Shown piece after piece: positions 1 through 14,119 of a stretch of DNA of 64,000 nucleotides (position 1 is the stretch's first letter; each line of letters starts with the position of its first letter). The DNA is from Camelus dromedarius (lineage: Eukaryota). The notes below the pieces were generated by a model. That model saw nothing but the letters and a program-made list of their open reading frames with translations. It searched no databases and was not told where the DNA came from. The position numbers and the translations under genes are program-made. The stretch spans positions 62,436,001-62,500,000 of the forward strand of contig NC_087437.1 of assembly GCF_036321535.1 (NCBI RefSeq), given 5' to 3'.

Positions 1-2385
1 TGCACAGAAATGTCCCGGTCCTACATGGGGTCCCAGGACTAGAGGACAAAGGGAGGAAAGGAAAAGTGGCCCCTAGCAGCCCGGGAGATGCTGAGAGGGT
101 AGGGAAGAGTGGGCTGAACAGAACCCCCGCATCCTGCAGTGTACCTGAGCCTGGGGACGCAGAGCAGGGCAGCGCTCACCTGGAGCCTCCCACATCTGTG
201 GGTTTGGTTGTAGCTCCAGAGGTCCTATTTCTTGTGTCTCTTCCTCTTTGCCCCACGAGCCAGCCCAGGGCACTGGAGACAATTTAGGAAGTCTTAATAG
301 TCCCAAGAGCATCTCTTGTGTTTCCAGCAGGGCCAGGATCTGTGCAGGATCCTTGCCCTCACCACACCCTGGTGAGGTGGACATGAGAGCACTCATTCTC
401 GGATGTGGGAACCTTCAGAGAGGACAAGCCCCTGCCTTGGAGAGTCAGGATCCAAACCCTTTACGTGGCTTGCTCCTCCTGGCTGATGCCTCACCATCCA
501 GTATTAAAGAGAGCATGAGAGAGTGGGCTGAGAATAAGTTTGGGTTTGTTTTGGTTTGGGTTTTTAGAACTTTGATATTATTAAACTGGAACTAAACTGA
601 TGACATGAAGTACAAAAACAAAATGTTGAAAAAGTCCTTTCAGGTCTGTTGTTACATGTATTTTTTGGACACCTGTGATGGTCATTAAGAAAGCTGTGGT
701 CAGCTTGTGCTTAGCAAGAAGCACAGTGGTACATGGCTTTGGATGTAGGAGTGTACGGTGATGCTCTGGGTTTTGACAGACACAGCTAGACTTAGACATC
801 CATCTGAGGGCTGCCTCACCTGGTTCCGTGGTAAGGCCGGATTTCCCACATATTGGAAGCAGATCTTTGTGAATGTTATCAGAGTCTGGAACTTATTCAG
901 TTGAATGTCTTAAATGCTGACAAATTCCCCTCCTTTGACAGAAGTTTAATTTCAGAAGCAGCTAAGTCATTAAGAACCAACATTACTAAATGGATTGTGT
1001 TTTCAAGCTGGCTGATGGCATTTGAGGTCCAAAACAAAGCTGTAACAATTAAGTTCTTAAAGATGTTGTTCTTATAGTTGGTCCAAATGGGAGGGCAGCA
1101 TCTTTGCAGTACGAGGCCGGATGGCTGCCCAAGGAAGTGTCTTTGAAGGATGCTATTTATTCAGATGTGAACCTGTCCCAGAGCAGACACGCCAGGGTCA
1201 CGTGTCTCACGTGGCTGTTGGGGCCTCTGTTAAGCCCCCTTGCCCACGGTGGGTGGGAGGTGTGCCTGTAACTGTGTGAAGGCGGCTGACGAAGCCAGAG
1301 TGTTTCTCTCCTTGCTCCTGGATGAGTTTAGCTTAGCACACCCCACACCAGGGATTTGGGCCCGGGCTCTAAGATACTTACTCATATGGAAACTAGAACA
1401 CTTCTTTGGAGAGAGGAAAAATGCAAAGTTTAGTGTTTCAGGATTTTGCATCTCATTGGAAAGTACCGTTAATATTAATATCAGAGATTTTTTTTCTGTG
1501 AAAACTTTTGTGGGAATTAGAAGGGACGTTTCATTTTCTTCTTGTTGACAAAGCGTCATTCTGTGGTTCTCGTGTGCATTTTTGGAAACAGATGTTCTGT
1601 AGAATTGGCTGTTAAGTGTGTTCTTTTTTCCTTTCTCAAATCCCCAGAGGAGGATCCTGGTTAATATACTAGAAAAATTAAAGTACTAAGTGTCACTTAA
1701 CTTGTTGTGCTAAAGTATATTTTTAAGAGTGTTTTAATCTGTCCCATTTGGTATAAACTGCTCACAGAAAAGCCTGTGAAAACAAAGGGGCAACTGAGGT
1801 CAAAAAAGAGACAGATCTTTGACTCTGTCCTCTTGGCATTTTAATGAGGACGTTCTAAAGGGTTTGCCCATTGGATTCTGGCTTTGTGTTTTTCTAGGGG
1901 AAACACAGAAATACACCTCAGGTGCAGAGTCCTTGGGTAGGAAGGATGGGACTGGATAGGAATGAGATGGAACCAGTCTACCCGGGAAGCTACCCCAGGT
2001 TTCTGTGTTTCCTTGGCCTGTTTCTTAGGAAAAAAATGACCTCTCATCATGGGTGGCTGTGAGTCTTGTTACTGTTTGTGTTGCTGGATTTATGGTTAAA
2101 TGAAGCATGTAGCTGGCAAACGAACTTTCTGAGTTCTCACAGGGTCCCAGATTTCTTGTTGCAAAACTTTAAACCTTAGCCCCTGGTTGATTGTGTTAAA
2201 CCCATTATGAGAATGTTATTTAAATTTGTATTATAATTGCTACCTCCACTAATTATTCCGTACAGTGGCAGGAAAGTATTATTTGTAAGAATTTGATTAT
2301 TTTTATACTCTATCCACTGTAAGTCTGGCGTTCTAGTCAGTAAAATGATGCAATAAAATAAATATCATTGTCACTGTGTTTTTCT
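1..2385 (+). other. Probable distal 3' UTR of the upstream gene (likely HEG1 by conserved HEG1-MUC13-ITGB5 synteny)
   Basis: Repeat-poor sequence with no credible ORF. It ends in overlapping AATAAA hexamers (2352-2362) followed by a TG/T-rich downstream element. The gene identity is inferred from synteny with MUC13 only. Confidence 0.45.
2352..2362 (+). terminator. Polyadenylation signal (tandem AATAAA)
   Basis: caataaaataaa followed about 15-20 nt later by ctgtgtttttt. Confidence 0.55.
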
Positions 2386-3142
2386 CCTAGTAACAAACAA
2401 TCCAGACCAGAGTTCAGCAAGGTCTTTCTCATGAGGGCATCGCTTAAGCAATGGGGCTGTACATTGACCTCTTACATGGCACATGTAGGGACCGAGTTAT
2501 CACTGTGTCCTCAGTGCTCGACACCATGAGGAAATATGCTTTTGATGACAGATGGATGGGCAGAAAGGTCAACCTAAATGATGAAAAGCTTGATTCAGTA
2601 TAACACTGGCTTTTGTTTATTTTTCTTTCTGAGAACTGGAGAGTCAATAACCAATTTTCAGACACTGAAAGCTTCCTCCTGAATGCCTCCCACCACCTCT
2701 CCATTTCCCATCTTCATGTCTTGGAGGAGGAGGGATAGTAAGCGTGCCCAGGCTTTGTGTTGGGGAGAATCTTGAACTTGAAGATGGTGGCCGTGGGCCT
2801 TACACTTAACCGTGGCCAATGAATGTGGCCTCCTGGTCGATATATGTTCGTTGATGAATTGCTTCCTTGAGTGCCTTTCGTGACAGGGATCAATGAGCCT
2901 CTCATATGCTTTATGACAGTGACCTTGGCCCTAGGAGGGGTTGGTAATGGCAGCTTGGGCCAGGAAGGTGACCTTTTGACACATGAGATCACAGTTGCAG
3001 CCCATCAGACATCTCTGAATGGAGATGAGCAGCAGTGCTCTCCTCTTCTTACCGGGTCCCTCCCACTCCCCTCTCCCCGCCACCAGTTAGCCCCCAGCTG
3101 AGACCTTACTTAGCATAACCCAGTACTGACCCCGTTCACCAT

Positions 3143-4416
3143 CCTGCCTAGCTCAGCCAGACACGGTAAACATCACAGCATTTCCATACCCACACTACCC
3201 TGGGAACTGTTCAGGACTGAGAATGGGAGGCCCTTCTGCTGTCCACCCACACGCTGGCCTGATGCTTGTCCTGCCTGTGTCTCCGAACTCAAAACTGTCC
3301 AGCAGTTTTGAGCCTCCACCTTAGGGTTTGATTTGCCAGTAAGTCAAGATCTAAACAGTACTTTTAGGCCCTTGGACTTAAAGGGCTTCAGCAATGCACA
3401 CTCATATTCCAGTTGCTTGAGGGGTAATGAAAGTCAGGGGCACAATATATAGATTACACAGGCCAGAGTCCTTCTGTCTGGGATATTGAATGTCAGGACA
3501 GCTATAAACCCCCAGAGCTGGGCTGTGTGGACGTGAAGCCACGTGATGCAGCATGAACGTCACATCAGAAAGATACTAGAGAGATGCCAGGAAACAGAAA
3601 TGTAGGTGATTTTTAATGACCACATAAAAACTCACAGTAGGCCTGGGCTCTAACAGCTGGTACAAGACACTCCCTGACAGTTTCATGGCTGTTTTCTCAG
3701 ATCATGTCGTCAGGCCTAAGAGTCCGCTCAGCTCTCTGAGCCTCAGTGTCCTGATCAGGGAAATGGGGATAATAAGTATCGCCTCCCAGAGTTGTGAGGA
3801 CTAAAAGGGGGGATTCAAATGAAGACACTCTGAAACTACAAACAAACAATGCAGATTGATTCTCTTCAATAGAGCCTTCCTGTCACCAAAAGAAAGACAA
3901 ACAGTTAACAGGATTAATATGCCATTTCAATGCTGTCTCATAGTGACTGGTCCTGAAGACCTCAGACTTGCCCTCAAATTGTTCCTGTCATTTCCCCCGC
4001 CTCCTTCTCCCACCTGCTCCCTGTACCGTGAAGGAGTTAATGAGCTCAAAATCGTACGCTCTGTACAGCTAGGAACCAAGACTGTCCTGTTCAACCTGAT
4101 ACGCTCAGTGCCTGGCACCTCGCAGGCATCACTAAAACAAATAGGTGAGTAAGTGGGTGGACAAATCACCCAACAGAAGAAACAGATTGAAGTTAGAGTT
4201 CCTGGAGATCTACCCCGTCCAGAAGCTGCAGGCTGAGGACTAGCTGGGGGCGGGCAAATAGGTAGCTGCGACACGTACCTGAGCAGGGCCCTTAGCAAAG
4301 ATCTCTTGTAGCAAAGCTCCAGCGGCACTTGTGGACTAAACACTTGAAGATGCAGCAGAAAGCCCCTCACCTGATGAACTGTGGAGCAACTATGCCATGA
4401 AACACCACTCAGCAAA
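3143..4416 (+). repeat. Local segmental duplication, copy A (contains MIR-like and old L1M 3' fragments)
   Basis: Aligns directly to 14668-15936 at an offset of about 11.5 kb (agcagttttgagcc at 3301 and 14815). Confidence 0.9.
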
Positions 4417-4589
4417 CAGGAGGCCCAAACGACCTCAACAGACAGCAACACGGACGTGTCTCAGAAGTGCTGTGCTGTGTGTAAAGAGCCAGCCCCAAAC
4501 GCTGCAGACTGTGTCATTCCAATTGTATTTCATTCTGGAAAAGAGAAGATTATATATAGGGACAGAAAGCAGGGGAGTGCTTTCCCTGG

Positions 4590-4890
4590 AGGTCAGGAAG
4601 GGCTTTCTTCCTTCCAGGCGCATGGTAGCTGGGACTTCCCTACCCACGTTGACATATGGCCATGTGACTTCCTTTGGCCAAAGAAATGTGAATAGAAGTG
4701 AAGTGTGTCACTTCTGGGAGACCCTTTAAGAGCTGTGTGTGGCCTTCATGTCTCCTGTTCAGCAATCGTGGAAATATGTGTTGAGATGGAGCCACTGTTG
4801 GCCTGGGACACCCAGTGACTAAGAGGAACATAGCCCCTTGCTGACTGGGCTTGGACGTGAATTGGACAAAAAGTGACACTGGTTACTACA
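4590..4890 (+). mobile_element. MaLR (MLT1-type) LTR fragment
   Basis: Contains ggccatgtgacttcctttggccaaagaaatgtgaatagaagtgaagtgtgtcacttctggg, typical of MLT1 LTRs. Boundaries are approximate. Confidence 0.6.
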
Positions 4891-7346
4891 CTTTATGTGA
4901 ATTGTCTGATTCCTAGTTCAATGCCATAGAGCATTTTTATCATTAAAATTCTTCAACTAAGCTGTTTTAAGTTTGTTTGTTTTATGAGAACTCAAATCAG
5001 AAACATTTATTGATGGCGAATATTTTCCAAGCCTGAGGTGTGAGGATTTGTGATGTAAATGAGCTTTTGAACTAGAATGTCCTAGATTTGAAACCTAGAT
5101 TTATTAGCTATGTGACCTTGATAAATTTCTTAGTCAGTCTGATCATGAGTTTTCTCCTCTATAAAATAGCAATAATGATCATTCCTAGTTCAGAGGTGTG
5201 TTGAGAGATTAAATGATAGGATGTCTCTAAAGTGTATCTCAGTGGTGGGATACATCATTTAGCTCTGGGCCTTGGACAAAGCAGGCACTGAATATATGTG
5301 TGTTAGGCCCCATGGTGGGCATACTTAAAGCAGCTTTTTTGTTGTTGATATAAAGCTACAATTTTAATTCCTCTGCCGTTCCTTCCTGCTTACTTCATTG
5401 TTGTTGTCAAATTTTATTGTAAGGCGTTATCACAATGATTCTAGTACCATCAATAAGATGAAGGTTGTCTGGGGAAATATGCTGTGATTTTATAATCCAC
5501 GTAAAACTTGATCTGTATTTAGCTCAGTGATAACTAGATTAATTGAGAACAAGGTCCATCTTTCCTGTCTCTCCACACCCATCAGCTTCACTGTGGAATA
5601 TCTTGTCCCTCACTTCCTTATTAATTGGTTCACATTTCACATTGACGCTAATTCCTTTCTAAAGACCAAGGGACTGGAATAGTCATCCTAACCTGGGAAA
5701 ATCAGGACAGGTTTCACCATTACTCAGTATCATAGAAAATGTGAGACCAGGAAAGATTTTCAGTGAGGTCATCTAGGCAACAGTTTACAAATCTTGCCCT
5801 TGGAGAGTGACTGGTCCAGAAGAGGCCATTACTGGGCTGAGGCCAAATGTATGAAGTATGTGGAGAGTTTTTCAAAAAACTAAATTGAGTCCATTTAAAT
5901 ACAATCTCATTATTATGAGATAATGTGCTTTCTACTCTTTTTAGTTAAAAAAATGTCCCTTATTTTACAAAACAATAGTAATAGCAGGTGGCAGTTTTCT
6001 TTATTTTTTTAATACCAATGATGCTTTGTCAGCAAGCACCTCTGGGTCAGGCCCTTCCACATCATTAGTTTGGGACACATCACTAGCTTTGTAAAATCTG
6101 TAAGTCTGGGAACCACTAGCATGGTCCAGTCCTGGATCTTACAAAAGAGAAAACTGAGGCCCACGGAGGATGAAGGCTGTTACTTTTCCCAAAATTTCCC
6201 AGTGTCACTGGTTGTACTTTGCCAGACAGAAGCATTGTCGTGCAGTGGGATAAAAGAGGGCAGGTTTTAGAGACAGATTTGGATACAAGTCCAGGGCCCC
6301 AGTGAATTGCTCACTAGGATAGAGCCTTGACAAATTATGCCATCCCTAAATCTTGTTAGTCGTTGGTTTTTTCCCCATTTTGAAGACGAGGTTTGTGTCA
6401 AGTATAAAAAGGAAGGCCCCTTCAAGTGGTTGAATCTGGCTGGTCTCAGACTGCCCCTCATAGCAACATGCAAAGCTTGGAGGCAGTGAAGCAATATTTA
6501 TAAGGTTATTCTCTTAATCATGAAAGCAATAGGCAGAGATTGTTCAAAAGAAAAGATTTCAAGGAACCCAGCACCCAAGAAAAACCACTCCATGGTGAAG
6601 TCCTGCCAACCAAGAGGAGGAATCAAAACACTGAATTTGGAAATGGAGAAGCCATGAACGATATGTATTGGATCTGATTAGACAGAGAATTAAGATATAG
6701 AATTAAGAAAATGAAAGAATTAAGACCTGGAAATAGAATATAAATGTTACAAAACCCTGACAAACTAGAAATAAGAAAAACAGGAGGAGTGGGAGAATAA
6801 GATGCTCTTTCTCTTGTTTTCATAATGGCTAGATCAATCCATAGTTTAAAGTTAGTAAGTCTTTTAAAACAGCATAGCTTATTATAGTTTTCACAATATT
6901 TTTTTCTTCATCTTGGAGAAGTGTCCTTGGAACTATTATCTCTTGTATAAAAACACATTTTCTCAAAGTTCAGCAATCATTTCGTTTTCACTTCAATTGA
7001 TTTTTTCCTTAAGTCAAATTAAAAACTAAATGTCATATGCAATTGAAAAGGTGTCTATATTATGACCTCACACTTGTAAAATCACACCTACCCACTGTCT
7101 CCCTCCATCTATTCTCTCTCTCCCACTGTCAGTCTACACACACGGAGAGCAATGTCTCACGGGGTGTCCTCTAAATGATAACACTGGTTACTGGACTGTG
7201 GGTACTTTTCCTTTCTTCTTCATGCTTTTCCATGTTGCTTAAATTTATTTTAACAAGCATGACTCATTTAATAAAAACAATAAAATTATTAATTTAAAAA
7301 ATAAAATGAGGACATCAATGTGTAACTTTCAGATTGTTGAAAGAAA

Positions 7347-7391
7347 GTGTGTGTGTGTGTGTGTGTGTGTGTAGTGGTGTATGTGTGTGTG
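7347..7391. repeat. (GT)n microsatellite
   Basis: About 13 perfect GT units plus an imperfect extension. Confidence 0.95.
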
Positions 7392-8113
7392 AGGAAGTTA
7401 CGCCGCGCACAGTTCCTGGCATGTTGGCGGCGCTCAGTAGATGCTAGGTGCTGTTGTTACTGCTTTCTTGGGGAGAGATGAAGAGCCTTAAATCTCGACT
7501 GTAATATTCTCCTGTATTAGCTGAGGTTCTTAGCTGCAGAGATGAGCATCCCTTCGGTTTGGTTTATTAAATGATATCAGGTGACTCACAGAATCTCCCA
7601 GGGGGGAGCAATGGCCTAATCACACTGCAGGAGTGAGCATCCGGAAAGACAGCCCCTCTGCCACACTGCTCCGCACGGACCCCACAGCTCCCACCGCTGG
7701 CCCCAGCACGATGCTGGCACCTTGTTTCTGCCCGTGACAGCCAGGAAAGTAGACTTCACCTGGTGCTGCCTCCATTAATTTCCTCTTCTAAATACCAGGT
7801 CTGTATAGGTAACTGTGGTTTATGGTGCAGAGTCACAGACCTACACCCCAGAGACAAGAGAGGCTGCGAAAGCAAGGTCTTGGCTTCTCCCTTGGAGAGG
7901 CAGGCCTCGCGGGGAGATCCCTGGTGCAGGAAGGGTGGTCCAAGAAGCTGAGCCGCCTCACACAGGGCATCACTATCAACTGCACCATCTGAGTATCCCT
8001 TACAAAGCATGGTGATCCAAAGGCCAAAAGATTTCAAGAGCACTTGAAAGTTATTGTAAATTGGCTCCTTACTCATTCAAAAGTTTTCCCAATTCATTGA
8101 AATATATTTATGT

Positions 8114-8464
8114 ACAAGAGGCCCTTTGTATCCATGGATTCCATATCTGGGAATTCAACCCACTGTGGATCAAATATGTTAAAAAAGAAAAATTTCCAGA
8201 AAGTTCCAAAGAGTAAAACTTGAATTTGCCACTCACTAACAACTATTTGCGTGGCACTTACATTGTATTTACAGCTATTTTCATAGTGTTTACATTGTAT
8301 TAGGTATTATAAGTAACGTAGAGGTGATTTGAAGTATATGGGAGGTTATGCAAATACTACTTTCTTTTATATAAGGAACTTGTGCATTCTAGGACTTTGG
8401 TACCTGTGGGGGATGGGGGGGAGTCTCACACACTCCCCCCCCCCCAGGTACCAGGGGACCACTA
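8114..8464 (-). mobile_element. Tigger-derived MITE (MER2-like)
   Basis: Contains ccctttgtatccatggattcc...caacccactgtggatc, ttacattgtattaggtattataagtaa and ggttatgcaaatactac, matching the reverse complement of MER2-type elements as I recall them. Confidence 0.7.
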
Positions 8465-11319
8465 TAAAATTCTAAAAACTCAGAGAAGGGACCCCTTATC
8501 CAATGTAAATGGTGTTATCAGAGACCTCTCAATTCTTAGGTGAAAAATTGATAGATTTGTTATAAAAATATAAGCTGTGTATAAAGAAAATATTAAAAAG
8601 CAAACAATAAACTAAGAATTTACAGCAGATATGACAGAAGGAAAGTTAATATATCTTGATGTTCCAAAACTCATACAAATTAATTTAAAAAATAATCCCA
8701 CTGAGAACCCAAGAGATACATGGGCAGAGAACATGCACAGATGATTGACAAGGGAGAAGGTACAAAAAGACACATGGGATGAAAGATACTAATGCTCACT
8801 CATGGCTGGAGAGGAAGGGAGACTACCACTGCCGGGGTGGGGGAGGGGGCGGCAAGCATCCCACATGCATTTTTATTTCATCCTCACAACCACGGTCACA
8901 TTAGGTACCATAATTTCCATGTTATAAATGAGGAAACTTGAGGTTCTGAAGGGTGGGATAGCTTGTTGATCAATGTCAACTGGCAAAGCTGAAGCTGAAC
9001 CCACGACTGTCAGTCTTCAAGGACCAGTGTCGTTCCACTCCTCAAGCTGCCTCTCTAGTGATTGGTGTGATTTTTTGCCTATTAAGTTATCAAGACCCAG
9101 TGCTGATGAAAGTGTAGTGGAAGAGTCCAGCTCATGAGAGGTTATGGGTGGGTGAGTAAATAAATAAAACCCTTTAAAATCTGTCAAGACTTAACTAAGA
9201 GCCATAAAAATGCTGATTTCCATTGATCCAGTCATTCCACATTGAGGGAATCTTGTCTTAGGGAATAATTCAGTATATGGAAAGAGTTATTGGCAAAAAG
9301 ATTTTGTCAAGGATTTATGAGTAAACAATTGGAAACAAACTAAATGTCCAGAAATTGTCTACTTGATAAATGTTTATTTTCCAATTAATAGAACATTACA
9401 TAGCTAATATAAATATTTGTTATAAATATTAGGAAGTAAAACGGGAAAAATTATTTCATACAGTTTTTAAAATAAACCTGATCCCCCTTGATATCAGGAT
9501 AAGAAGTGGAAAAATGAAGGAGGTTTCACTTTTTATATTTCTGTATTCTTGGAAATTTTTTCAAACATTTTATAATTTAAAAAAATAAGGAAAAGTATAT
9601 AGGATAAAAATTTTAAAATAAATATACCAAAATATCAACAATAGTAGGGTAGAAGGACAATGGAGGTTTTCCCTCCTTATTTTATTTTCAAACTTTCTTT
9701 TTAATATATTACTAATGCTATAGTTTTATATTAGAAAAATATATCATTCTGAAATTAAAACATGATTCCAACAAGAAAAATAACCATACTTGCCATTTAT
9801 TGTCTCTGGAAGGAGGTCATTGTCTCTCTATCACACGTGAATAAACTGAACCTCCAGGAGGCTGAGTAATTTGCCGGCCACTCAGAGTTGAGCCTTGAAT
9901 TAAGCCTTGACCTGTCTGACTCCTACCTTTGTGTGCTTTCAGTCTGCACTCAGGGCCCACATCAGTGGAGCTCTGGGCCTGAAGGAAGCCCTTGAGTGAT
10001 GAAGACCTATAATTCAGCTTCCTGGAAATAGATGACATGGGGTGATGGAGGAAGAATTATCAAAATTGGTATTGACCTGGACATGAAAGAAAAATAATAT
10101 GTCAGAAATGAGAGGAAGTAGGGTATTCAGGATTTTTGAAGCAGGTGGTTATCATAGGAGAAGGAAGATCTAGGGGAACTTCTCCAAATGAAGCGGATGT
10201 GTCCAGTGGCGTCCTTCTTTGTGGTAATTATCAGTACTAAAGTAGAACAAATACAGCTGGATAACAGAGATGTTTCAGGACATCAGAGAGGAGATCTTTT
10301 GCTTTAAAAAAATATTAAATACGAATTAAAACAGTGCTAGGAAATGCAAAATATAGAATCCCAGAATCTCAGGTTTGGAAGAGATTTTAGCCATTGTGAA
10401 TTCCAGTTAAATTCCCTCTCATCTGAGTAGATGTACCAGGAACAGGGAGCACATGTGTTTGAGGAAGCCCTCTGCATATCTCAATAACTCCAATTGTTAG
10501 AAAGTTCCTCCTGACTTTCACCCCATTTACTTCCCTCTTCTTGGATGAGAGAGACCTCTTGGGAGTGGCAAGGGGCTTGGAAGGGTGGAGGAACTGGATT
10601 TAGGTTAGGGCTGTATGGGGACAGATTTGAGCAAAGCTGAGCAGCAGAGAGGAGAGAGGTGAGGCTGGTGGGGGGAGTCTGAAGGCAGGGTGGGCTCCAG
10701 GTGCAGAGACACCAGGGGACACAGGCTCTTCTGCTCTGCCTGAGTCATAGCCAACACCCGGGAAGACCTGGGAAATGTGTGAGGAGGAAGAGGCTCCTGC
10801 TCACCTCTGCAGCCTTCTCTGCAGCCATCCTTGCAGGAGTGGTGAGGGGAGGGCAGAGGCTGACGAGATAGTGGGACAGGGGAGATGACCCTGGCCACTC
10901 ATGCAGACTTCCTGGGTTCACATCCCCACTTACTAGCTCTGTGACCAAGTTATTTTTTTTTAATTGAAGTAGATTTACAATGTTGTGTTAGTTTCAAGTC
11001 CTGGACAATTATTTTTAATTGCTCTATGCTTTAGTTTCCTCAGGTAGAATAATAACACTCTACCTCTTAGAGTTGTCTTGAGAATTAAATGGGTCAGTAT
11101 CTATAAAACACACTAGTAATTTACACAGAGTAACTTCAGTGTAAGTGTTTGTGAAACGTAAGACATTTTGGAATTGAAACTGAAAATTTCTGTGAAACCA
11201 TGATTTGGATTTCACAATTTATATAGCTGACTTCCTTGTTACTTTTTAAAAATATTCCTGATAATCTCTTAAATTATGAAAGAAGTTGAGAGTCACATAA
11301 TGAGAGAGGCATTCTAATA

Positions 11320-11520
11320 TAAAGATGTTAAGAGGGTAAATCTTCAAAGTTCTCATCCCGAGAAAAAAAATATTCTTTTGGAGCTATATGTGGTGACAGA
11401 TATTAACTAAATTTATTGTAATAATCATCTGACAATATAAAAATATATCAAATCATTATGTTGTATACCAAAAACTAAAACAATGTTACATGTCAATTAT
11501 GTCTCAATTGGAAAGAGAAA
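11320..11520 (+). mobile_element. Short L1 3'-end fragment
   Basis: Ends in atcaaatcattatgttgtatac...acaatgttacatgtcaattatgtctcaat followed by an A-rich tail. Confidence 0.65.
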
Positions 11521-14119
11521 ACACAAGTTCTTCTCCTGAAAGAGAAAGAAAGAGTGTGGTGGGGTTGAACAGCAGGGAGGAGAAAAAAAACCGGGAATTA
11601 GCTATTTGGGAACGTGGGAAGAAGCTGATTCAGGACATGGAGTATGTTGGACAGAGGCTGAGAACGGTGGGCTTGTGGTAGCAGCAACCCCGACATAAGA
11701 TAATTGTCTTCCAGCAGGACTCAGTAGTAGGTATTAGAGCAGAGAAGGGGGCCAGACTTGAGGTTTTGGCAGGTGCACCAGGTGGGAGGAAACTGGCTGG
11801 AGGACTTTACTCAGAGTGATGCCTGTGGGTTTGGACTGAGAAGAAGGAAGGGCTGGGTGACGATGAAAGGTCGACAAATATTAATATCTTTAATCCATAA
11901 GATAGATGAATAACTCATACACTTTCATTAGAACATGATGAATAAACTTTCCCTTGAAACAGTAGATAAGAATCATGAACAGGAATTACACATAACCGAA
12001 CAAATATATCGAGAATGCTCTATCTCATTAGTAGTCAAAGAAATGAGAATTTAAATCCTGGGCTATCATTTCTCACCTATCATTGTGGCAAAAAAGCTCT
12101 ACTTTTTAAAAACGAAAATACTTTATGCCAATGGATGAAAGGAAAACCACAGAGGAGTAAATTAATATGAATCTTTAAGAAGATAACTTAGCAACAATTT
12201 CTAGAAGCCTTAAAATGTTTACCCTTTGAATTAGTAATTTTACTTCCCTGAATTTATACTAAGGAAAGAATACAAAACAAAACCAAAAAACAAGAGAGGC
12301 ACAGCCTTCTCCCTCCCCTGCCCCCCAGCACTAGGCTTATATCTAAGGAACTAAGTCAGTTAACCTTCAGGATAATGGAATTTTGAGGCTATTAATGTCC
12401 TCTGAAGCTCTCTGTCCCCTGATTGAGGGATGTACAATAAAGCAAGCTTAGTCAGCCTACTTCTCTACAGAGGCAGGTAGGTCAAATCCTCCTAATTTCA
12501 CTGCTACTGCTTCCTGCATTTCTATTATTCCTAAGTTTTTATTATTAGCACCTTGGTTATCACCCACTAGACTGTGAACTCCTCAAGGGCGGGACCACAG
12601 TCTTATCTTTGCTCTGTGTCCATCTCTACTCCCTGAGACAAACATTCACATAGGGGATGTGTCACGGATATTTGGCTGTCATTTAGGCTGCTCCCCACTC
12701 CCTAAGCCTCATTCTCTACCTTGTTTAGTCTGTGCATTTGTGAAATTGGCCTCTTTGTTTACCTGATTTATTCTTAAATGTCCCCGAGTCTGTGCCAACT
12801 AGTTGGCATTTCAGGGGTGCTATACTTATTAAAGGACTCTTGTGTCATGTCCCTTAAAGCAAAGTTCAGAGTCCATGCCACTCTGGGCCTATCAGCAGTA
12901 TCTTTCCATAACTATTACTAACAGAGGGAGGTGGTAGTTTGTGGGTAATAAAACATGGTGGGGAATGAGTTGACTCATAGAAATTTAAAACTGGAGAGGA
13001 GCTCAGGAAAGGGGGGTATCCCTCCACCCCCACTCTGATTTTATAAATAAGGAAACTGAGGCCCAGAGAGAGGACATTTTTCCAAGGTGATGTAGCTGGT
13101 TCATGAAAGGGTTGGGCTAGGGGTCCAGGTCTTATGAGTCCCAGGGCACATGTTGTCATCAAAATATGTGTCATAAGAGCATGTGAGGTACAGAAGGTAC
13201 GTGAGACGGCGAGGCCAGCAGCCCAGCCGTGGTGACTGAGAGGCAGAGCTCCCTTACAGAGGCCGGAGTCACCAGGGATTCTGTGGGAAGGCCTGGAGGA
13301 GAGCAGGGGCAGGGATGTGGGGCAGGCCTGGAGAGGTGTCTGGATGAAATAAAAACAGAGTGATGTGGTGAGTCAAACATGGTCTTTGGAACTTGGAATT
13401 CAGTCCCTGGGCTACCACAAATCCCCTTGTTACTTAACTTCTCTAAGATCCAAGTTTTTCATCTGTAAAAGCTTGCCCACAGCACTGACTTTCAGAATTG
13501 AGTTAAAGGAGATAATGGATGTGTTGTAATTTCAGCTCAGCACCAGGAGATAACTCTGAAAGATGATGGTTGGTGACATCCTCATGGAGGTCAAGTCTTG
13601 TGGTCCTTCTAGGAGATTCAAAGTGAGCACCCATCCCTCTGTCTGTCTTGAGAATTCTTTTGGACACAGACAAGCTCCTACCTTGGTGAGAGAGGACCTG
13701 TCCCCACTGGGCTGACTGCACTCATGACCAGTTGCTGGCCAACTACATCCCAGGGCCACAGTCAGTCAGCTGCCAGTTTTTGTAGGACCCACAAGCTAAG
13801 AGTGATTTTTACATTTAAAAAAACCTAGAAAAAAATCAATAGAAGAATCGTATTTTGTGAAATGTGTAAATCCTGTGGAATCCAAATTTCAGTGTCACAA
13901 ATGACGTCTTATTGGGGCACAGCCACCCCATTTGATTGCACGTTGTCTACGGCTGCTTCCATGCTACAGTGGCAGGGTCGAGTATCATAACGGATTAGAG
14001 GTGACATGACATGACTCTCTCATCACTTCACACTGCTGCTCAGCACACCTCACACCACAGTGATACACTTGTAACTCAACAGTGTTTCAAATGCCATGTG
14101 TAGTTATCCCATGACATTT

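Noticed and set aside
66..13700. Numerous 60-170 aa ORFs in the upstream region
   Set aside because: No recognisable domains or exon chains; consistent with chance ORFs in UTR, intergenic and repeat DNA.
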